A DNA stretch of 64,000 nucleotides from contig JALMLS010000416.1 of NCBI GenBank assembly GCA_038496445.1, positions 1-64,000 on the forward strand. Reading direction: 5' to 3'. Of the stretch, positions 51,099 through 62,890 are shown piece by piece (position 1 is the stretch's first letter; each line of letters starts with the position of its first letter). Source of the stretch: Trichosphaerium sp. ATCC 40318. Lineage: Eukaryota > Protista > Tubulinea. Position numbers and translations under genes: made by a program. The notes beneath the pieces are model-generated. The model did not search any database. It was given only the letters and a program-made list of their open reading frames with translations, and was not told the origin of the DNA.

Positions 51099-53997
51099 TC
51101 AAGAATCCGAGTAATGAACAATGAACCTTGGTATTATTTGTGCCTCCTTTTTAAAAAAGTAGTTAATTAGCATACAATAAAACGAGTTCAAAGTGGTGTG
51201 TTTTTTTGTTTTAACGTACTTCAAAAACAACAAATTCATCATACTTTGGAGTCATATCAACATCCTCAATACCCCAGTATACTTTTTCTCGATCATTGTC
51301 AGGACTACTTGGAACAACAGGAATATAATGTGCATCATAATTCTTGTAAGCGTTTTTTCCCTTTAGGTTAAACATGTCGGAACGAACCTGGAAAATCAAT
51401 TAATTACGCGATGCGGTGGTTTTTAATTGAAGTGTAACGTACTACTGGTAAACAATTTAAAGCTGACATATTACACAACAATAGAATACCATCTTTGGCG
51501 TATACAGAACCGGCGTAAGCCACTTGAAAAGATGTATATATGCCGTTACCAAAGTATCCTAAAAAAAAAAAACCAAATAAGGCTTGCATAAACCTTAACT
51601 GTTCTTACCTTGATCTGTTGTTCCAAGTGCTGAGAATCCGGAGTCACAAATCTTATTTACAGCACTTGACTTAGTACCATGCCAACCCCAAAACATCTTA
51701 CTACCTGATTCAGTCGTCTCACAAACGAACTTTTCCATTCTATTTTCAATGAACATTCTCAACTCAGGATCTTTTTCGTCATCAAGAGATGCAATAAATT
51801 CAGATTGTGCTGCCCGCATATCTAATGAAAAAGGACATTAATTACTATTCTACCATTATAGAAAATGTTCTAAAAAATGATCACGTGCCTAACTTATTTA
51901 CACGTCTTTCAAAAGGAGATTGAAGTAAATTTTCATTTCTTACTGCAATTATTTTTGTTACTCTCCACTTTTCAGGTGATGTAAGATTAAACAACTCTGA
52001 TACGAACTTAAAAGCAATAGGAAAGTTATTTTTAGTAATCTCTATCTGCTCGTGCTCCATAACTTTAGTCCATTTCTTACAAGTATATAGCTTATCTGGA
52101 AAATACCAATTATGCGACTTGTTACCCATACCAACAGCTACAAGAAAGTAAGAATCCAATCCAAAAAAAAAAAAACCCGATTTCTTCAAAACAAAAAACG
52201 GCTGACATTTTTGTCCTCGTAAGGATCTTTAATGTATTATTCTACGGCCAACCAAGTTAATTTCTTGGAGTTAGAATGCTTTTGAGTCTTTACAGCCCAA
52301 GAAATTGAAAAAATATGTGAGTTTTTGTCAATAATTCAACAACACGTTACAATAACACGTGTGATTGGTTTTTTTTGGGAGGAAACGGGCGTTAGTTTTT
52401 TCGTTAGATTTTTCTGTTGTCAAAAAGTTGTTTAATTTATACGTGAGTCGCACAGAGGCTTGTAAAAGGGACTCAAAAAAAAATAAACGGAAAATTCAAA
52501 GCGTTGTTGGAGAAAGGTGTACAAAAAGAGCCAAAACGTACTTAAAGTATTATTCAACCTATCCATTACGTCTTCTCCTATCCAAGAGTTGTTAGCACGT
52601 GAGTGACTTTTGGGAAAAAATACTACAAATATAACTCACCCTCTATTTTACCATTTGATAGAGACATTATATGATTACGTAGTCTAGATATTGTTTTATC
52701 TTGTTCCTGAGAATGTCTTTCCATGCGAACCACTTTTTTGGATATTTTTTCTAATCCAGTTGTGACTGTTTGTAGGTTGTATATAACTTCAGTAATCGTG
52801 TTATCTACGCGTTCTTGTCCTTTTTTAATGATAGCTATATCTCTCTTTAATCCAGCGAAGGTGTCTTCGTTTAATATCTGCGGCTCTGATCCGTTTCTGG
52901 TTATTGTATTTCTTTCTCCATTTACTTTTAGTTTTCGCTCTGAAGCTGAGCTTGAACTATCGTAGTCTCCTTTTCTCTCTTGCTGTACTTGAGATATTTT
53001 CTTCTTTAGTTGGTCCACCTCTTCTTGAATATCCGTAATAGTTGTTTGTATAGCACTAAGTTCTTTGTTTGCTGTTGTTTGCCGTTTTGTTTTTTTTCTT
53101 TGCCTTCTTTCTTTTCTACTTTTTGATTCAATGAACTGCGTTATAAACCGAGCTACTTCTTTACTTCCTTCTTTACTTTGTGCTAAATATACTATTAAAA
53201 ACATATAGCTACTTTTTTAAGCTATATAAAAATTCCTTACGTACCAACATCAAGAGGAGTCTGACGTGATTCATTTTTTGCATTTAAAGATGAAGCGTCT
53301 TTTTTGAGAAGAACACTCAAAATATCTACATCGCTGCACTTGGCTATTTCATAATATAAGTAAAGAGAACATGGCAGTGGTTTACCTGCTATGTGTAATG
53401 CAGTGTTACCCTTCGCCGTTTTAATATTTTGGTCTGCCCCTTTTTCTACGAGTACTTTACAGATTTCGAAATTCTTGTGTTGTATAGCCATGTGTAACGC
53501 TGTTGAATTTTTTTTTGTAACAGCGTTAATATCTGCTCCATTTTCAAGTAGAATAGAAACAATTTTTGGATCAGGTTTTTTACTAAATGCTACACAAATC
53601 GAGTGAACTGTTAGAAAAAAAAAACAATTGTAATTTGAACCTAAAAAAAAAAAAAAAACTTTTTTTTCGGAAACGTTTCGCGTTTTCGCCGTGATTTCCT
53701 TGTTTATCACGTGATTATGAAAAAGATGTCCCGTAATTTATTTCTTTTTTTGTGCTTAATAATATCTAAAGATATTTAACGTACAAGCTGCATGAAGTGG
53801 TGTAGCGTCTAGATACAAAGGGTATTGTACATTAACATTTGTTGGTTTTGCTAGCTCATTTACCTTAGATACATCTCCGTTTACCGCTATTCACGTGAAT
53901 TAGTTACAAAACAGTATCCTTTAATCAATTTCTAATCATTAATGTTATAGATACCTGCACTCCATAATTTCTTTGCGTGTTTAGGCGGCATACTCAT
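51099..53997 (-). CDS. Ankyrin repeats + coiled coil + PARP-like ADP-ribosyltransferase domain
   Basis: Ankyrin: STALHMAI..GADQN..GNTALHIA. Coiled coil at 52623-53204. ART: WGWHGT...GFS...GYFGNGIYTS...YA...YDEFVVFE|EAQIIPRFIVHY (H-Y-E). Confidence 0.85.
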
Positions 53998-54741
53998 CGT
54001 TCCTACGGAACTTAGGGTAAATTAATAATGATCAAGCGTTATTCAGAACTTTAAAATATTGTTTAAGTCACATAAAGTACCGGCTTTGGACCGAAGGAAC
54101 ATGCCACGTAAACGTGCCGACGTAATTAATCACGTTTCTAGCATCCAAACAAAGAATGCGACACGTGGCACAGTTCAAACCTGAAATCATAGCCAGAGCA
54201 CTAGAAACGATTGGTAAAATAACTGCTTTAGTGCGCTGCGCGTATTTCGGCGTTACGATAGATCTAACGCATATATGCTGTAGAATAGTTCTCATAATAT
54301 ACACTCGTTAGAGACTAACTAAGATACGCTAGTGTCGTCTGTGTTAGTTCCATCAATGCATTTGCTTTTCGAGCGTTTACAGCGACGGGCTAAGTGCCTC
54401 CAACACATTACCGTAATTCTGAAAGGTCACATTTGGACAGAAGAGTAGCCGTACACATTGCAACAAAAACCATCGTTTATTGGATGGCTAGTACTTGGAG
54501 CCTTCTCGTTGCGTACTTTATGAATTCTATCGTGTGAGATACCTTGGCTGACAGGTACGTTGAAGGCGACATGAAGACAAAATCTCATAACTATTATCTG
54601 AAAATGAGGATTAAGTTTCGTCACTTAAGTTTTATGTTTTTACGGAATTGTAAACTACACAAAGTTGTTTGGTGTTAAAGGTTGTACGTAATATGTAAAA
54701 ATAAGCTTATATTTACATTATAACTAGTTTAGGGGCTAAAA

Positions 54742-57700
54742 ATGGCAAATGTCGACCGAAACGGCAACAAACTTCTATTTTCATCGTTTTCGTTTGCAAT
54801 TGCTGTTATAGCACTGTTATTTATACACAGCGCTAAAGCTGATTGCACCTTAGTACCCTCTATTCTATATCCAGATATCGACGCAACCTTACAGGTACGA
54901 TAACAAGCCTCAAGATAAGAACCAAATAGCGCAAATGTTTTAGAAATAAATCGCCACGCAGAAGAAAATGCAAACAAACATTTCTAACTCACTTCTTTTT
55001 ATAGGATTACACCGTTGACTGTATTATTCTTACTGCTATTGATCCAAATAAAACACTGACAATATCTTCAAGACAAGACTTTCGGTTAGAAGTCCAAACA
55101 ACCGTGAGAAAACGACATTAATTATTCAATGTTCTCTGAATGTTTTTGTTAAAGGAACTGATATTGACGCTCACCATAACACAAGGTGAAAATATTACAG
55201 TAGTTGGAGGAACATATGAAAGCATAGATGTATCAGGAGTTTCCAAAGCTCAAGTAGAAATGTTTAGAGTAACGACATTGTCAAGTGCAGATCCACTCAT
55301 ATCTGTATTAAATGGTACCTTATTCATCGTATTCTTTAACCGTATTGATAACAGGTCGCTAGGCGAGGTCGAATTCACAAGTTGTTTTATAATAGATGCA
55401 TCCATTGAGCCGAGGCAATCAGTTGTTGTTGAAACTTCAACAATTGCTTTTAGCGGTTGTAGAATAGCGACAGTAAGTTTTATCTTTTTTTTTTCTCGTC
55501 AAATCGTTGGCTTTGTTCGTTTTTGGTTTCCATTTTACTCACGTGCTTGCCTCTGTAGAATTCGGCTTTTATATCAATGCACGCGTCAATGGCTTCATTT
55601 GATAATATATATGTTAGAACTAGTACTAATGGGTGTACGCAAGAACAATGTTATGAATTTCATCTAAAACTAACTTTTTTTTTGCTTGAAGCAATCATAG
55701 AGAGTTCCACTACAACTTCAACTTTTGGTACAAATTATGGCGTATTTCTATACTACAAGTTTAGCACAAATAGATTAAAATTATTGTTTTCTATGAAACA
55801 CAAGCGACGAGAGAAATTTCAGCAGTTTTTTTTAATTTTGTACCTAGATAGGAGCACTTTTGTTGGCGGAATCAATACTACTAATGTCTTCCAGTACGTT
55901 ATTATCATACTGTGTACGTATTTAAAACTAATTAATGTAATTAGATGCACAGGATCTAATGTTCTAAATGTGTACAACTCAGTGATACATAGCGTAACAA
56001 GCAGTACGATCTTTTTTCTGTAATTTTTTTTCAATATTGTTTCCGGTCATCTTTCTTTGGTGACACAAAAAGTTGGCTATTTGTAGCAATGTACATAAGT
56101 TTTCAAAACGATATTTTGTTGATAGAGAAAGAAACTTGTTCAGAGCAATTCAGAAAATGTCATTTTCTGTAGAAAACCCACGTGAGTACTTATTGCTCTA
56201 ATTCTTTGTAGTAATATCTCCCAGTTGCAGTGGAACTACATTGAAATCAGTTACAGTAGGAAAAGGTATGCATTGAGATGCTACAACCGTTTAATAACCT
56301 TCAAAAAAGCTGGTTCTCACGCCGTGATTACTTCTCCTTTTTTTCTTATCTTTTTTTAGATGTGGAAAACATATACGAAGCTTTTAATATTTTTGACTTA
56401 ACGTCATCTTGGAGGAACATTCTTTTAGTTAAAGGAGAGGACGATTATGCAGGATATAATATTCCTCAACCATCTTTCTTATTCCTTAATTATACGGATG
56501 TATTCCGTAATATATCAACAGGAAACTATCAATTACAGGAAGAAAATGCTTGGATTGTTTTTGACTTTCAAGGTACCCAAAAAACGTGTCACGTGTTTGA
56601 ATATCGTAATATACAATGTAGCGATAATATAAAAAGACTGTATTGCATGCTCTACAAGCTAACGGCAGTCAGTGCTAAAAAACCTTCAACCTTGAAATAT
56701 AGGTTTTTTTTTCTTTGCGAAGTTCAAACCGTTAATCTTTTCTATATTGCGCAACCCAATAATAAAATATTGTAGTTTACTAACTGAAACATAGGTGCTT
56801 CAACTGATGTACCTCTGTACGATTTTGGTAAGTACTTACCAACCCGTATAAAATTCAAACTCTAATTCAGTCACATAGAGAATTTTTCTCGGAATATTAC
56901 GATGATTGATGTTGGAGCTCATCAGTACGTACGTTTTATTTAGAAGTAGTGTTATGATATAATAGTTAATAATATTAACGTTTATATAGCGTAATCCAAA
57001 TATTACCTTAGTAAGACCTGAGAATCCATCAACATTATCTCCGACAACATTATCGCCTACAACATTATCTCCAACAACATTACCTCCGACAACATTATCT
57101 CCGACAACATTATCGCCTACAACATTATCTCCAACAACATTATCTCCGACAACATTATCGCCTACAACATTATCACCTACAACATTGTCTTCGACAACGT
57201 TACCTCCGACAACATTATCACCTACAACATTGCCTCCAACAATACCGTCACCGACCACAGAGTCACCAGATTTACCTTCACAATATCACCTACAACGCAG
57301 ACCCCAACATCATCTTCTCCAATAGATTATCCGTCTGTTGCAACCACACAGCCCACAACAGCAATGCGAGGTGACATAGTTGGTTGTGTAGGAAAACCAC
57401 CTACTATACAGTTTACTTGCAATAACGACACATGGGTCATGGCTCCTGGAGAAGTATTTATGCCTGAACCGGAACAAGAAATAATTTTACAAGGTTCTAT
57501 CATGGTTTCAAATATGGCTTTATTACCAAACTCAACACTTGTTTTTAAAGAAGGAGCATGTATTACTCTAACAGGTTCGTTTTAAATTTAGCTTTACCCC
57601 ACCTGTTGTTTTACTGATATGATATGTAGATTGTGCTAATATTACTGGAAAGGCTGTTATAGATCTATCAAATGTTGAGGATGGAGAAGAAAGTACTTTA

Positions 57701-58340
57701 GTTGATTTTTTAGTTGAGAAAGAAAGTTGCATTACCGGTAAGTTACAGTTTCTCTAGATAGCGATTGTGAAAATTAAATAGTCATACTACTTCCAACAAA
57801 ACTCGCTGTGGCGAGTAAAAGTCTGATAACTTTTTTTTCTCGACACAATGCTCTGGACTCGAACAATTGATAATTTCTTATTTTGTATTTTTTGTGAAAA
57901 TGCCACAGTTTAAACGTTGTTTTCTGCGTCTTGTAATTTTTCTGTTAGGACAATTCGATAGCCTAAAGGCGGTTAATAGCAATGGAGAATGTGATATAGT
58001 TACCGCAGAACAAACAAGAAGTCAAGGTAAGATGTTACTAGTATTAGAAAGTCGTCATCATTTCTTACTTTAAGAAAAAACAGGAAAGATTGCTGCTGTC
58101 TTTGGAGTAACAAAAACAAAGTGTAAGGATAATATGGTGTATATGTACATAGGATCAGGTGTTGGTGGTTTTTTGATGTGCCTTACTATAATTATAATAG
58201 TACTACGTATTGAGAAAGTGAACAAAGTCATTTTCCCTTTCAGATACAGGAACGGAGCAAAAAGGAAAACTCTGAAAAAACATCACAAAAAACTTGAAGA
58301 ATTTGAAGTGGAGGAAGATGTCATAAGCCGTGAACCTTAA
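54742..58340 (+). CDS. Type I membrane glycoprotein with mucin-like (PTTLS)n stalk; apparent frameshift near 57278
   Basis: Signal peptide, S/T-rich exons, 15-bp repeat, Cys-containing juxtamembrane domain, TM segment YMYIGSGVGGFLMCLTIIIIVL and a short cytosolic tail. Confidence 0.7.
57026..57250 (+). repeat. 15-bp coding tandem repeat (CCNACAACATTATCN) encoding Pro-Thr-Thr-Leu-Ser
   Basis: About 14 consecutive units are directly visible. Confidence 0.95.
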
Positions 58341-58584
58341 AAAACACTCAAAAAAAAAAAAGAATTGCAAAGAAATAGAAAACATTTGCCCATCTAGCGG
58401 TTGAACCAAAAAAAATTGTATGACTATAGAAATATTGACAATGTCAGCAGTTTTTTCAAATAAGTAGTTTGTAAAGGGTTGTATATCTTAGAGAAAAATA
58501 AACATTATTTCTCATCAGTGTACACAGTTATGCAATCATGCTTATTAAATAGCTTGTCTGTAACTAACGGTAGAAATTGTTTGG

Positions 58585-58740
58585 ACTATCCTTCAGTTAC
58601 ATTACACTAATATGCGACATAGGAAAACAGTACTCACACTTTAGAACTTGAGCCTTCATCTGTTACTGATATAAGGAGGATACTATAAAAGCCTTTAGTG
58701 CTTTGGCAGTCATCTGTGACTGATGTGTTATTAAGACTAA
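58585..58740 (-). pseudogene. Second, more decayed relic of the VTDEG LRR repeat family
   Basis: ccttcatctgttactga (58653) and catctgtgactgatgtgttattaagact match the 49445-49620 repeat. Translates to SLNNTSVTDD...SVTDEG. Confidence 0.5.
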
Positions 58741-59079
58741 TTTACAAACCATTAACAACATGACTGGTATTCAAGTAATGTATGATTAGATGAACACTTT
58801 TTATGAGCAACTGTGTGAGCAAGACTGGTTTGGAGGAAGACTAACGTCTCGGTGGCTCTAACGCAAGCACGAGTAAGTGTTTATATCTTAGAACTATACA
58901 TTTACAAGTGGTATGGAGTACTTTACGTGAGCATAACTGCAGAAAGTCACGTGTGTGCTACAAATTGGGAGTGGCCTTTTAAAAAGTAGGCTTAGCGATA
59001 AAATAAAATAGCGCTATTTCAGGTGAAATCCAAGCATGTCTCCTTGTCATCACAAGACGTTTTAATTTAAATATTACAT

Positions 59080-62000
59080 TTATTCACCTCTTGCCAAATA
59101 ATGTCTAACACCAATCTTGATAAGCTTTTGTACATTATGACCAGTTTTTACATTTACTTCTACACCACAAAGAGATAGATTATCGCAAAAAGTCTGCACA
59201 AAACAAAGAGTTAGAACCAAGTTTGTTGCTTGTCTAGAACACCATCCAAGTTGTCAAAATAGCATTTCGTTGTTGGTCATGCTGTACTATTAAGCACGTG
59301 CGCCCCATCAAATTTTTGGGAGCACAGTACTTATTTTGTAACAGACAACTTGACTGCGAAAAACAAACATTAGTTGTTACCTTAATTTTATTGCTAGTAA
59401 TCTCTTGTTCATCAGGAGAAGTTTCATTGCTTATAAAAGCTAACACTCTTGGCGAATCTTCTTTAGCATATCTGTCTAACTCCTGAAGCCAGGTGCAACA
59501 GCTTTTGATACCTAACAAAGTCAAAAAAGTGCAATATAGAAAATTATTGGTATGAGATTAAACATCTCCTCTCGTACCTACAGCACTTTCAACATCACAA
59601 CAAACAATTAAACATTGAGCCTTATTATACACCCAATCGCCAAAACAATTATGAACCTATACAAACGAGTAATAAGAGTAAGATCAGGCACTAAGTTTAA
59701 AAAACTTACTACAATAACAACTTCAAACTCCTCACTATCGACTTGATAGAAACATCCTACCTAGGACATCAAAATTAGTTCACTATTAGTAAACGTAAAC
59801 TTACAGCTCTATGACCAAAATGCCAAACATGTTTGGTATACATCTCACAACCTGAATCCCTCAGGTACTGTGTTATTCCTAAGAAGATATTTTAACAAAA
59901 CTCCAAATGGTTTTTTTTTGAGTTAGCTTCTTTGCTTGCTTTACCTTCTTTACAGTTTTCTCCTATGAGGTTAATAAATATAGTCCTTGGTCCAGAACTG
60001 TATGATCTAGTTTTTGATTCCAGTTCCTTTTTGTTACTACCATGCAACTTGTGTTTTTTCGCTTCATCGTGCTTCTTTTCTGTTAAAGAGTTAAGTTGAC
60101 TTCAAAAATACTATTCCACCCCAGTCAATGGTACAATTTATGGTAGTGTGAATAAATAACCAAATTAATCTCACACGTATTCTGGTGTGGTCATAAAAAA
60201 CAAGAAAAGCTTGACTACGCCCGGAAAGGCTTCAAGTTTTTGTTTCACTTAAAATGAACACAAACAAAACTCGCTGCTTTTAAACCACTCATAAAATCCA
60301 AACTAAGCTACGTTATATAAAGACTTACCAAGCATGTGAATGTATCGTTTTGCATGTGGAAGCCATGAATGTAAACCTGTAACAAAAAATGTCAACAAAG
60401 GCAAACAACTCATTGTTCTTTGATATGGTCTCGACTATACCTTCAAAAGGAGATGCTTTATTAATCTGACCAACCATGAATGCAAAAGATCTACATGTCC
60501 ATGCTATACACACTCTGCTTGAAGGTACATCAAGGAAACCAAAAATAATCAACCATATTTCGATTGGTGTATTTGACACAAACTGTGATGTCGTTGGCTT
60601 GTACTTTTCTATAATCTTTTGACTTTTACGGGAATAACTTCTCGCTATATCAACAAGAGTCCCATCAATGCCCTAAATAAGCTTTCAATAACAAATATCC
60701 ATTATGTGGGGTTCAAACAGCTCACAAAACAATCATTAGGAAAGGAGATTGGATTAAAAACTTTTGCTTGGTTGTTTGGTTAGAGTACGATCAAACGCTC
60801 TCACATAGGCATGTACCTCTTCTCCAAGGAGGTACAACATATTTTTGTGTCTCACGTGGTTCACTAATACTTTCAAGACCTTACTTGACTTTCTTCTTGC
60901 TGCCTAGTAAAAACAGTTGTTAGAAAACTGCTATTGCATTCAGGCGCTGGTAAAATTGCAAGTCGTTGCCTGTTGCACTGTATTCTCTTACGTAATGAAG
61001 TGCTGTTTCGCTGTTCCTATAATCACTGTAAGGTTAAAGTATAGTTTACAAGAAAGCAAGGTACAATCACAAGCAGCCAAAAAGTAAGAGCGAAAGAAAA
61101 AGAAAAAAAAGTTCTTGTTGAAGAGTACGTTGTGAGCTTTGTTATATCTGCTCCTCTTCGTAATAGATACTTCACAACGAACGTGCTATTATGTTTAGCA
61201 GCGAGATGAAGTATAGTCTCATGTGTCTTGTTATCTCTCAAGTCAACAGAAACTAAACATCCAAATTAAGAACACCATTAAGACATTAATCTTCGTTGGT
61301 ACCTTTCTCAAGTAGGGCATCAAATACCTTCAGATAGAAACATCTTTGAGTCTCTCCTTTAGGTTCTAAAGTTATAAGATCCAGAGGTGCTTGTCCAACG
61401 CTGTTTTCGCGATGATATTGGCAAGATGTTACAATTAATAACATGCTCAATACAACATCAAGATCTTCTCTTTCACGCCATACAATATGCTCAAGTAAGC
61501 TTCCCTTTCTTCCCTCAATATCTTTTGTAGTGTTGATAACTTCGTCTATGCAAAAGCCGAATATATCAGTGCGATCTGTAGATGATAGAATTAGTAACTA
61601 AGCTTCAATAGAAATAATTACCTTTCAATAACACTCGGAGTAAAACTGCATCACCGCCTTCTTGTGTTGTAATAAAACTTTTAGCAGACTCTGGAAGACG
61701 CTCGTAAAGGCTCCATTTTTGTTTAATAAGCATGTTAAGCCAAAGAAATGGAGATAAACCAAATCTGTAAAATAAGTTAAAAAAAGTTGTTGGAATTTAC
61801 GTTTCTGGATAACCTCTATTTAATCAACGCTTACCTATTCCTCTTACGTAAGTCACCTCCATTTTTAAATAGCCACCAGAAGAAAGAAGTATTGAAGTGG
61901 TATAAACTAATGAGGATAGGTGTATCACCGATATTGTTTTGACAATTTATATCAAGCCCTAATTCGAACGAATAAATACTTGCGTCAGCACACGTGCGAA

Positions 62001-62700
62001 TCCAAAAAAAAATGAAAAAAGAGTATTCGTAGTTTACCCATTTCTAGTAGTTGCGCGCATATTTCCAAGTCGATATTAAGAACGCCACGTGCCATAAGAT
62101 GAAATGCGTTATTTCCTGAGCTATCTGTTTTTTTTAAAGTATCTTCGTATAAACCATCTCTTTCGCCTTTAGTTTGCTTGGTGTTGCGGTACCTACATAA
62201 AAGAAGTACAATTGAATAAAATATAACGTCAAAGGTTAAATTCTTTAATATAGGTACGTTGTATATCTAACACGTGATCCATGGACACGACGCTCTATAA
62301 TTTTTTGTTTTAGATAAAATATCTTCGAGCTTTATCCGTATGTACCATTGCTTGGCCAAGCATACTTCCAATCCATTTACTGGTAAACAAGTTATTGATG
62401 TCGAAGAATTTGAATAGGGTATTTGTTAAGTCTGCTTTGTCAAGATGCTCCAGTTCTAGCGTGAATATAGCCTAAGCGAGGGCAGAGTTGGTAAGAATGA
62501 TTACAGCTTACAAGCGCTACAATACTGCACTGCGTGTATTCCTTTGAATAGTTTGTTTCTTATCTTTTTCTTGTTTCTCTACACTACTTGTGCTTATTAC
62601 TTCATATCACATTGCTTTGCTAAGAGGTGAACGTAATTTTACTAGTAACTCAAGTTTTGTAGCAAGTAAAAACGAAAAACAAGGAGTGAAGACATTACAT
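59080..62700 (-). CDS. Ankyrin repeats + F-box + degenerate Rab/Ras-like domain (start uncertain)
   Basis: Ankyrin: GNNAFHL, GDTPIL, ETILHLAAKHN..LLRRGADI. F-box: NTPIEIWLIIFGFLDVPSSRVCIAWTCRSF. The Rab-like tail YNKAQCLIVCCDV..WLQELDRYAKEDSPRVL..EVNVKTGHNVQKL lacks canonical G1/G3/G4 motifs. Confidence 0.7.
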
Positions 62701-62890
62701 GATAACTTTTTTTGCATGTTGTTTTATCTATACCGTCGTTGCACAACAAGCTCCTAAGAGCTACATCAATTTTATTGTATGCCTGTGCCGTGACATCCGT
62801 TGTTTTGGGACGCGTGATACTTAGTGAACTAGTTAAGCCAAAAGTCAACAAAAAAAACAGTCTAAAAAAAGAACAAAGCCTTTTAGCGTT

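Noticed and set aside
56836-57258. (VVGDN)n ORF on the minus strand
   Set aside because: This is the antisense of the PTTLS mucin repeat.
58843-58885. tRNA-like 5' fragment (GTCTCGGTGGCTCTAACG)
   Set aside because: No T-arm GTTC motif or cloverleaf can be built.
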